DNA from: a virus
Lineage: Duplodnaviria > Heunggongvirae > Uroviricota > Caudoviricetes
Strand: one strand, 5' to 3'
DNA length: 64,000 nucleotides
Virus record (IMG/VR): IMGVR_UViG_3300039155_000018
Span: 1-64,000 of that record
The notes under the pieces are model-generated. The model was not told where the DNA came from. It made no database searches and was given only the letters and a program-made list of their open reading frames with translations. Positions 56,527 to 64,000 of this stretch are shown in pieces; positions within the stretch are counted from its first letter, which is position 1; each line of letters opens with the position of its first letter. Both the position numbers and the translations under genes were made by a program.

Positions 56527-57347
56527 AAAGGTAGTACCCCTACTGTCTGTTGTGCTAGATTAGCTAATAGCCCTTTCTTCTCGTCCTCTTCAGGCTCTAG
56601 TAATTGCTTCAACGGAGACCTGTCCGATACACCTTTATCTTGGGTTTCCTTTGCCATTATTGCAGTTTCCATACTAATAGACTGCGATACATACGCCGGA
56701 ACTGTCGTTTGTTGGAGATTAACAAACCTAACTTGCTCAAAAGTCATATCGACAATAAGAGCATCACCATGATCCGGCTCGTACCTACCTGTAAATTCTG
56801 TCAATACAAGGTTCTTTACATCCTTCCTCAAGCCTGTATTTGAAAGCTCAAATAGGGTACAAAGAACTACAGAGTTGTTGTAGGATTGATTGCGTCTGTT
56901 ATATGTCAGACGAGTAAACAAATCCCTAACTTTATCCAGAATGTCGGAAGTTCTATCGTCTGGCTCCTGACCACCTTGTAAAGTTGGAGTTGTTGAAGAT
57001 AGGAACTGAGTTGCAACATCAGGAAGATACTTCTTCAATCCTGATAGAAGAGCTTCAATTTGAGTGTTGGCATTTTCACTGAAGAACCTATTATTGTTCA
57101 TGGGAGTCTCACCTCCAGGGACAATAAGGTTGCTTGTACGGATACTAATGTCTGCTGGACTGATAATGCCACTTACTTGAATAACAGGATTTTCATTAAC
57201 AACGTGGTCAGTAATTGATACGCCAGCGTCTAGAGGGTACTTACTCGTCTGACTCCTGTAGTTTGTTTGGTAACGTGTTGTAGTGTTTAGGTAAAAAAGG
57301 GCAGAAGATTTCTGCCCAGATTGACCAATACGAATTGCTATGGACAA
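56523..57347 (-). CDS. tail protein (distal tail / DNA-circulation-like candidate)
   Basis: A 274-aa ORF just downstream of the tape measure gene. Confidence 0.35.
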   Translation of the reverse strand: MSIAIRIGQSGQKSSALFYLNTTTRYQTNYRSQTSKYPLDAGVSITDHVVNENPVIQVSGIISPADISIRTSNLIVPGGETPMNNNRFFSENANTQIEALLSGLKKYLPDVATQFLSSTTPTLQGGQEPDDRTSDILDKVRDLFTRLTYNRRNQSYNNSVVLCTLFELSNTGLRKDVKNLVLTEFTGRYEPDHGDALIVDMTFEQVRFVNLQQTTVPAYVSQSISMETAIMAKETQDKGVSDRSPLKQLLEPEEDEKKGLLANLAQQTVGVLPL

Positions 57348-57348
57348 A

Positions 57349-59913
57349 TTACCCTCCGCTACCGATAGTCATAAAGTCTGTATACTCTGCTTCTAGAATT
57401 CTCTTAACATCCCTTGAGAATTGTTCAGGGTTATTAGTCGTTACATTTATCTGAACTGCACCCGGTTGGAGAGTGTTCGTGCTATTGTTTTGAGCACTCC
57501 CAGTTGCTTTTGCAATATGACTGGACACGATATCTTGAACGCTCGGAGACCATTGTTCCGCAGGATGAGACGAGAAACTTAAATCTTTGTTACGCTCTTG
57601 GATTCGTTGTAAATGCGCCGCCCTGCCTCCAGTCAGGAGGTTGGTTGTCAACCCCGCCCCGTAGGCTGTAGCGCCACTAAGGAATAAAGGAAGAGACGCC
57701 GGGGAAGGAACAATTCCTGCAAGCATCAAACCCGCTCCAAATTCCTGTGCCCTATTGCCAGCGTAGCTTGGACCATCTCCAACAAGAGTTTTCTGGATTG
57801 CTACACCACCCGTTGCCATCACAAGCGGGACGGCAGCTTTGCCGAGTGTGCCTGCTACTTTCTTTGCTGCTACAGTAGTCGCTACTTTCTTTGCTGGTTT
57901 AATAGAGTCTGGGAGTATATCATAAGCTGCTTTTACCATTGACATCGTTTTATACACAGCGTAGAACGCCGTACCTAATGCAGTTGCCCACCCAAGCACG
58001 CCAGCAGTCTCGTCATATTTCCAACCCATCATCTGCTCTAACCACAACATCAAGTCTCTGGTGTATGAGTCTTTCCCCTGTACACCATAAGATATATCAG
58101 ATATTGCAAGCATCAACAGTGTAAACTTAGCAGCGAGGCGACCCACTTTGGTCCCCAACATACCCATGAGTGCAGCAAATGCCACTATATTCTTCTCTGA
58201 CCATCCGAATTGTTGATTAAGGTAGCCCACTATGGTGCCTAGTGTCCCAATCAATTCAATCGGTGCTCTAAGAACAACACTCAGTCGCTCAAACAGTCCT
58301 GCCATCCCTTTAACAAGAGGCTCAAGCTCTTTCATTGCCCAAGCAATTGTTTTCCAGAAGCGCGCAAAACCCTCCTCACCACCATTCTTGGAGAATGTAT
58401 CCAGCGAGGCAGTCTGAGCGTTTTCTGCGCGCGCTTGTTCTGCGATAGAGGATGTGCGAGCGGCATCAATGCCCGTGGAAGCTCTTCCCTTCATCAACTT
58501 ACCGACAATCGGGAGGAGTTTATCAGAGTAAACATCTCCCTTTTCCATTGCTTTAAACAGAGCAGCGGTGGCGTCACTACCCTTCAACTCTCCACCGTTA
58601 AGGATTTGCCATGCTTCTGCGAAGATTGGTACAGCCTCACCAAAACCTGTTGCTTCTGATAGCTGCAAGCGAAGTTCTTCGCTTGTAATCTTACCTTTGC
58701 TCTGCATTTGACTAATTGCGCGTAGACCTCTTTGCATACCGAGCTTATCAGCTCCGCGAGTTCTACCGAATTCAGAGAAACCTTCAAACACTCCGAGACT
58801 TTTCTCATAGCCCATAGTGTTCATACCAGAAGCCATGAACTGACTAAAGATAGGCATGGTTTCTAGGTAATTGTAGCCAACATAATTGGAGTGCTGTTTG
58901 AGCCAATTCTTAGCTTCATCGGCACGATTGCCAAAAATAGCCCCAGAGGAAATCTCTGTACTCATCAGCGTTTGGTTGGCTCTATTCAGAGAGGCCAGAC
59001 CATACATGCCACCAACGAACGGGAGAGAAGCTAGACCGTATCGGGCAAGAGCACCACCAGCACCACCCATTGCAAGGTAGTTTCCGCGTTTGATCCGTGC
59101 TTCACTTACCTTAGCTTTAGCGGCCTCCCTGCGTAGTTGAGATTCCTGTCTGCGTGCCCATTTCTCATTCTCAAGTAACCTTCTCTCTTTGATCCTATCT
59201 AGATTCAGTTTTGCGATATTCTCTCGCGTCTGAATCTGCTGGGTGCGCTGTGCAAGGTTAGCGGCTTGCAACTGAAGCTTCGCTGCTTGAAGTTGGGCAT
59301 TTGCGGCGGTGGCTTCGGTTTTATTCGCCTTCGCATAAGCTCCAGATTTAATCTGAGACTCAAGCTTAGATAATCCCGCGAGATTGTTTGTACTACCCTT
59401 GCTGGATACTCTACGAAGATTGGAGTTTAACCCAAAGACAGCTTCATACTGTTTCTGCCTGTCATTGCGGGACATTCCACCACGAGCACTGGAGATGCCT
59501 AATGTTCTGTTGATATAATCTGCTGTAGGAACAGACTGCATCAGAGACTTACGCTGCTGAGGAGCAGATTGTCTAGGGGTTGACCTATTTCCTGCGACTC
59601 TCTGTGCTACTACAACAGGACCAGTCTCAGCCAATCTCTTACGAGAGCGGGTGAGTCGGTTGTTCTCAGCAATCTCTTTATTTACAGCGATTGATCTAGC
59701 TTTGCTTCTATTGTTTTCGGCGCGAGTAAGGGCTTGTGTTTCTTTGGTGAGTTGCTTGAATCCAGAAACAACTCCGCCTTTAGTCGTCAATGGTTTACCA
59801 ACACCACCTAAACGCTTCTCAAGATCGGAAAAGAACTTATCCACACCCTTGAGAGATTTCTTATCTACATCAATCCCTATCTTTGCGTAAAATTCACTTA
59901 CAGGGGTTGTCAT
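57349..59913 (-). CDS. tail tape measure protein
   Basis: An 854-aa protein with a long helical/coiled N-terminal part and central hydrophobic segments. It is preceded by a frameshifting chaperone. Confidence 0.65.
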   Translation of the reverse strand: MTTPVSEFYAKIGIDVDKKSLKGVDKFFSDLEKRLGGVGKPLTTKGGVVSGFKQLTKETQALTRAENNRSKARSIAVNKEIAENNRLTRSRKRLAETGPVVVAQRVAGNRSTPRQSAPQQRKSLMQSVPTADYINRTLGISSARGGMSRNDRQKQYEAVFGLNSNLRRVSSKGSTNNLAGLSKLESQIKSGAYAKANKTEATAANAQLQAAKLQLQAANLAQRTQQIQTRENIAKLNLDRIKERRLLENEKWARRQESQLRREAAKAKVSEARIKRGNYLAMGGAGGALARYGLASLPFVGGMYGLASLNRANQTLMSTEISSGAIFGNRADEAKNWLKQHSNYVGYNYLETMPIFSQFMASGMNTMGYEKSLGVFEGFSEFGRTRGADKLGMQRGLRAISQMQSKGKITSEELRLQLSEATGFGEAVPIFAEAWQILNGGELKGSDATAALFKAMEKGDVYSDKLLPIVGKLMKGRASTGIDAARTSSIAEQARAENAQTASLDTFSKNGGEEGFARFWKTIAWAMKELEPLVKGMAGLFERLSVVLRAPIELIGTLGTIVGYLNQQFGWSEKNIVAFAALMGMLGTKVGRLAAKFTLLMLAISDISYGVQGKDSYTRDLMLWLEQMMGWKYDETAGVLGWATALGTAFYAVYKTMSMVKAAYDILPDSIKPAKKVATTVAAKKVAGTLGKAAVPLVMATGGVAIQKTLVGDGPSYAGNRAQEFGAGLMLAGIVPSPASLPLFLSGATAYGAGLTTNLLTGGRAAHLQRIQERNKDLSFSSHPAEQWSPSVQDIVSSHIAKATGSAQNNSTNTLQPGAVQINVTTNNPEQFSRDVKRILEAEYTDFMTIGSGG

Positions 59914-59920
59914 TCCATCT

Positions 59921-60526
59921 ACCTCTTAGTGGCTTTCTTCCGATCTTGTTCAGCCTTTTGTTCTGCTTTAGCCTCTGCTTCAGCAATCTCTTTGAACGCA
60001 TCTCTTACTTCAAGATATTCAATGTATTCTGTAGCAACTTTGAGAGGATATTTATATCTAAGATTGTAGAGAGTTTCTATTGGATTTTCTGTACTGAAGA
60101 TGATTCGGTATACTCTCCAATCTCCAGAAAAGTTTTCTTCAATAGCTTTTACTTTCTCTTTGGAAGCTCTTAGTTTGTATTCCTTCTCTTTAGGCTCGCT
60201 TCCACTGGAAATTATTCCTCGGTGGAAGCGTCTTCCCCGTTTGGGCCTTCTTCACCCTCAAAGTTGTAGGCACAAATCTCTTGGAAGAGCTGGTTCATCT
60301 CTTGTAGCTTGCCACGGAAGTGGTTGTTGAGCTTCTTCTCATCAAAAGATGTACTACCGATACCACTACCCTTAGAAATGACATCAAACATCAGTGTAGA
60401 AGTAGGAAGGCGTTCTTGTTGCCAGCATTCCAAAACACGAGTTTGAATATCCCAGCCTTCCATTGCAGGAAACAGTTTTAGGGTGTAGGTAGTTGCGCCA
60501 ACAGTAGTAGTTTTAACGTCACTCAT
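59921..60526 (-). CDS. tail assembly chaperone with -1 programmed frameshift extension (gpG/gpGT-like)
   Basis: The 104-aa ORF is 60212..60526. The slippery heptamer C_CCA_AAC lies on the coding strand at 60239-60245. The -1 frame is then open for about 95 codons and ends 8 nt before the tape-measure ATG. Confidence 0.55.
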
Positions 60527-60539
60527 ATAAAACCTCCAA

Positions 60540-61007
60540 TCATCCGAATAGGGTTAGGAATTGCTCCACAAGAGAATCACTAGATGTATCCTCGGAAGTC
60601 AAATCCCATTTTGATGTATCACACAAGAATGTCCAAGTCTTAGAGCCGGCGCTTCCGGTCCAACTTTCCTCAGCCATTCCTTCCAAATATGCTTCTGAAC
60701 TTTCAAAGACAACACCGTCTCCGGTCATATCTCTAAGGAACAGGTTAAACTTAACCCCTCCTTTCATTTGTCTATCCAGCTCAACAAGCATTGCTAGAAT
60801 CTTGTTTGTTTCGCTACCATAAGAGACAGTGATTCTTACTGTTGCACTCGTGTTAGCGTAGTTTGAAATCTTTGTAGGCTTCCCCCAAATACCCTGGATT
60901 TGCCTAGCTTGTTCCATGTTTCGACTTACTGTAATATCTTCCCAGCCTTCAAGGGTTGCACCGGCGTAATTGAAGACTACTTCTTTAGGTCTGTATGTTC
61001 TTTGCAT
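60540..61007 (-). CDS. tail tube-like protein, paralogue 3
   Basis: It shares a pattern with the two upstream paralogues: N-terminal ...Y.Y.PE.V, ...S..N.IL..L...D and a C-terminal S/T/W region. The size is 155 aa. Confidence 0.4.
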   Translation of the reverse strand: MQRTYRPKEVVFNYAGATLEGWEDITVSRNMEQARQIQGIWGKPTKISNYANTSATVRITVSYGSETNKILAMLVELDRQMKGGVKFNLFLRDMTGDGVVFESSEAYLEGMAEESWTGSAGSKTWTFLCDTSKWDLTSEDTSSDSLVEQFLTLFG

Positions 61008-61010
61008 TAT

Positions 61011-61505
61011 TTACACCAGAGCCGCTAGAGCGGTAACAATTGCTGCCACGTTAGAGGAAAGATATTCTTCAGCAGAGTTGCTACCAACATAGATAATTGC
61101 GTCTGTTGCTCTCAATCTCCAAACTCTGGAAGTCTGTCCTGTGCCGGAGAAAGAAAGAGAAGGTACTTCTTGTACCCAAGCACTTGCTGCATAGAAGCTT
61201 GAGTTTCCACTATTATCTTTGACAGTAAGAGGGAATCTGCCTCTACCGCTTGCTTGGTCAATGTTGTACAGAAGTGTAAGAATCTCGTTTGTACGACTAC
61301 CTTGTTGTAAGGTGATTTCGATGTCGTAAGTTAGATCGTTGCGCATTGTCCTGTATACTTGACCATCGGCAGTGGATTTTGCTTCTGTGACAGGAAGAAC
61401 TTTTGTAATGTTTACGAAGGTTTCTGCTTCAACACCTTCAACAGAGAAAATCCCTGCGATGTTGATACTTACATCTTCAGGGGCATAGCTGTAGAAATCT
61501 GACAT
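61011..61505 (-). CDS. tail tube-like protein, paralogue 2
   Basis: Its N-terminus MSDFYSYAPEDV resembles paralogue 1 MANAQFYSYAPEDT. Confidence 0.45.
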   Translation of the reverse strand: MSDFYSYAPEDVSINIAGIFSVEGVEAETFVNITKVLPVTEAKSTADGQVYRTMRNDLTYDIEITLQQGSRTNEILTLLYNIDQASGRGRFPLTVKDNSGNSSFYAASAWVQEVPSLSFSGTGQTSRVWRLRATDAIIYVGSNSAEEYLSSNVAAIVTALAALV

Positions 61506-61562
61506 TGCATCCCCTCAAAGCCTTAGAGATGAGGGAGAGTATTAGTCTCCCTCTTGTATTGC

Positions 61563-62090
61563 TTATTGTACGTAATACGGATCGACTGTGTAGCCAAGAT
61601 CAGCCAGAGTGGATTCAGTATCAGTATCAACAAAGCCTGCGCCACCGATGTGCTGTTGAAGATCGTTACACACAATGTTCCAAGTTACCGTGGAAGCCTC
61701 GGTGCTATAACTCTTGGCAGGGTAGTCTTCAATGTAAGCAAATGGAGCAGTGAAGAAAGTACGTTCACCACTCTTTAGAGTCACTTGGAAAACCCAGTCA
61801 AGGTTTCGAGAAGTGCGGTCGTTCTTGTGCAGAGCAGAAAGAATGTCATTTGAAGCACTACCATCTTGCAGAGTAACCGCAATAGATGCGTTACTGCGAC
61901 CAAGTACAGTACGTGCCATGCTACCGTAAGCACCGATGGACATGGTGATAGGGGCGCCCTCGGGCGTAACTTCAAAGAAAGTGCCATCTGCAACACCCTC
62001 CACGACGTGAGTACCACCGCCATTACCAGTCCACGTAATAACCATTACGGTATCTTCTGGTGCATAGCTATAAAATTGAGCATTAGCCAT
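61563..62090 (-). CDS. tail tube-like protein, paralogue 1
   Basis: It lies immediately downstream of the sheath gene. The size is 175 aa. Confidence 0.45.
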   Translation of the reverse strand: MANAQFYSYAPEDTVMVITWTGNGGGTHVVEGVADGTFFEVTPEGAPITMSIGAYGSMARTVLGRSNASIAVTLQDGSASNDILSALHKNDRTSRNLDWVFQVTLKSGERTFFTAPFAYIEDYPAKSYSTEASTVTWNIVCNDLQQHIGGAGFVDTDTESTLADLGYTVDPYYVQ

Positions 62091-62102
62091 TTATTTTATT
62101 CC

Positions 62103-63398
62103 TTAGTATTCCAGAGAACCGAAGATAGTGACCTTGTGAACAGCACCTGCAAGGATTGCCACAAAGCGGAAGTCCCCGAGAATACGGTTAGCCTTATCGT
62201 TAGTGGAAACAGTGAGGATGTTCGGGGAAGTCACCGTGTATGCCGGGGCAGGGGCGATAGCACCATTAGTCACTGCTTGGTTCAGTACAGAACGAATGGC
62301 AGCCTCAATCATGGCGACGCCAGCAGCAGTCATCGGAACCTTTTTATTACGAACCAGAAGACCAAACACCGCTTCTTGAATTCGAGCAGTTAACCAGCGT
62401 TGCGATAAAATAATATCCGTCCACTCACCACCAACTTGTTTACCCGGATCGGTGATATTCACGCCAGCAACAGTTCGGTAGAAGTTCACATGCTTGGCAT
62501 CCATTATAGAGATCTCTTGCTCTGTGTAGTTAACAGCAGGAACACCAATCAGTTGCTTGAATGCCCAAGTCGTAGAACCAACAACTTCATTCAGAAGCCA
62601 CATGTTGGCAACGTCGGGCCACTGTACAATGCTGTTGTCCTTAATATAAGAAAGGTGAGTACCCTCATAGCTGAGCACCATTAGACGAGAAGCAATGTCA
62701 GTGTCAAGTACGCCATTCAGGACATCGGTGCTTGCAGTGGCAGCGAAGAACATCTTTTTCAGACCTTCAATCGTTGCAGCAGCAGATTCGATATCTGCAT
62801 CAGCACGACTATCAATAGCAGCTCCAAACCATTGACTGTTTTCGTCGTTTACAGCCAGAATGGCATCCGCATAAGTTTCACCGCTCACTACCGGAGTTAG
62901 AGTGATATTTGCAGTGGCAGTCAGAACCCCGCCAGCCACAACAGGAGTTACATTGAAAGTGCCAGCACTTGCATCAATCACTTCAAAGATGATGCTGTCT
63001 TCAGCAGAAAGAGCTAGACCGTTGATTACGTCTGCAAGTGGCACTTGGTCATCGGCAGCTTCGTAGGTAGCAACGGGGATGCCGTCTAGAAGCACTTCAT
63101 AGGTTTCAGCAGTCCCTGTAGGAGCTACAGCAAGAGCAGACGAATAACCGGCTTCTTTACGACCAACAACGACAGTACCGCTCACCAGAGGTTGAGAGTA
63201 AAGCGTTTGAGCCATTTGGTAAATCTTGGATGCTGTGGGGAAATCCGCAGCAATTGCCTCTAGGCTACTATAAACACGAGAGCGCTCAGTAAAGGCAGCG
63301 TGCTCACCCAGCAGCAGAGGGATAGAAAAACTAGCTACCGAGATAGCTTGCGTGTTTCTAGTAATATTTACTGAAACATAACGATCAAGTTGAGCCAT
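62103..63398 (-). CDS. tail sheath protein candidate
   Basis: A 431-aa protein in the first position of the sheath-tube-chaperone-tape measure gene order. Confidence 0.5.
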   Translation of the reverse strand: MAQLDRYVSVNITRNTQAISVASFSIPLLLGEHAAFTERSRVYSSLEAIAADFPTASKIYQMAQTLYSQPLVSGTVVVGRKEAGYSSALAVAPTGTAETYEVLLDGIPVATYEAADDQVPLADVINGLALSAEDSIIFEVIDASAGTFNVTPVVAGGVLTATANITLTPVVSGETYADAILAVNDENSQWFGAAIDSRADADIESAAATIEGLKKMFFAATASTDVLNGVLDTDIASRLMVLSYEGTHLSYIKDNSIVQWPDVANMWLLNEVVGSTTWAFKQLIGVPAVNYTEQEISIMDAKHVNFYRTVAGVNITDPGKQVGGEWTDIILSQRWLTARIQEAVFGLLVRNKKVPMTAAGVAMIEAAIRSVLNQAVTNGAIAPAPAYTVTSPNILTVSTNDKANRILGDFRFVAILAGAVHKVTIFGSLEY

Positions 63399-63413
63399 TT
63401 AAATTCCTCGAAA

Positions 63414-63983
63414 TCAAGGGAGGGGAGGGATTGTTGTAATGTCGTTCTTCTCATCCTTAATACGGACATGTTCCACCCAGTTAACAAGTTGGGTAGTTTT
63501 ATGATTAAAGGAGAAGACAACATCTACGTTAAAACTGTCGATCCAAGTAACAGTGCGGAGCTGTGGAACTCTTCGGACAGGGGTCTTTCTTGTTGGGGAG
63601 ATTCCCTTTACTTGGAATATCTCTCTGACAAGCCTGTTTTTGTTGATGTTTTCAAAAAATACGTGAGACAACTCCCCTGACTGAGAGCCGATGAACTGAA
63701 ACCTTACAGTTAGTCCATATTGTTGCGTGTAAACTAATCCAGTCTGCGTAGCAATAGCTGTAGATTCAAATGCTCTGCCAACTGCAAGGGTGCTAAGGAC
63801 ATTAATTACACAGTAAGATTCACAAGGTTCCGCACCATTTGAGTGAGAGAAGATAATCCACTCATCCCCATCTGTGTTTTGGGTAGGGTATCCGAGAAGT
63901 GCAAATGCCTCCTGAGTCCCTTCTAAGAGGAAGTCTTCTAGGTCTGAATACAAACTCATTTCTTCCTCTCTGCAATTCTCCAA
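63414..63983 (-). CDS. hypothetical protein (tail completion/neck candidate)
   Basis: A 189-aa ORF with GAGAGGAAGAA upstream. Confidence 0.35.
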   Translation of the reverse strand: MENCREEEMSLYSDLEDFLLEGTQEAFALLGYPTQNTDGDEWIIFSHSNGAEPCESYCVINVLSTLAVGRAFESTAIATQTGLVYTQQYGLTVRFQFIGSQSGELSHVFFENINKNRLVREIFQVKGISPTRKTPVRRVPQLRTVTWIDSFNVDVVFSFNHKTTQLVNWVEHVRIKDEKNDITTIPPLP

Positions 63984-64000
63984 TCAACCTTACTGAGAAG

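Noticed and set aside
59883-60330. The + strand ORFs 59883..60173 and 60100..60330 as genes
   Set aside because: They lie antisense to the chaperone -1 frameshift extension and are better explained as shadows.
1-64000. T4-like (Tevenvirinae) identity suggested by frd-td, Rnl2 and NAD genes
   Set aside because: The replisome is T7-like (family A polymerase, gp4-like primase-helicase) and the tail module is P2/Mu-like with a tape measure. The genome is mosaic and not T4-type.

Overview
This 64-kb window is gene-dense and looks like part of a large (>64 kb) tailed dsDNA phage genome. Almost every coding region is phage-like, and no integrase, rRNA, tRNA or CRISPR array was recognised. The ORF track coordinates include the stop codon. 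Four blocks are visible. Block 1 (1-10.5 kb, + strand) is an early/auxiliary region. It holds the 3' part of an ATP-dependent DNA ligase, a lambda-type Ser/Thr phosphatase, a pnuC-nadR-like NAD-salvage gene pair, a CCA/poly(A)-polymerase-like nucleotidyltransferase, a GIY-YIG homing endonuclease and many small ORFs, and it ends at a rho-independent terminator. Block 2 (10.74-11.66 kb) is an ORF-free, purine-rich region bounded by terminators that carries an array of ATATC(C/T) motifs. Block 3 (11.7-44.0 kb, - strand) is a long DNA-metabolism/replication block. It encodes a ribonucleotide reductase catalytic subunit interrupted by a LAGLIDADG endonuclease gene, NrdH-like glutaredoxin, thymidylate synthase, DHFR, RNA ligase 2, and a T7-like replisome (gp5-like family-A DNA polymerase, gp4-like primase-helicase, gp6-like 5'-3' exonuclease, SSB). 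It also encodes three HNH-type endonucleases, a macro-domain protein, a second nucleotidyltransferase, an SPFH-like lipoprotein with a membrane partner, a small CDA-fold deaminase and many small acidic proteins. Block 4 (45.4-64.0 kb, - strand) is a late block, reached after a short two-gene + strand island. It holds a lysis cassette (overlapping i/o-spanins, holin, putative peptidase) and a cluster of alternative tail fibres with an embedded SAR-type GH24 lysozyme. It also holds a P2/Mu-like contractile tail module (baseplate, tape measure, a -1 frameshifting chaperone, three tandem tube-like paralogues, sheath). The genome is therefore mosaic, combining a T7-like replisome with a P2/Mu-like myovirus tail, and several homing endonucleases are inserted in and around replication genes. 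All functional calls are from motif recognition by eye and no database search was possible.
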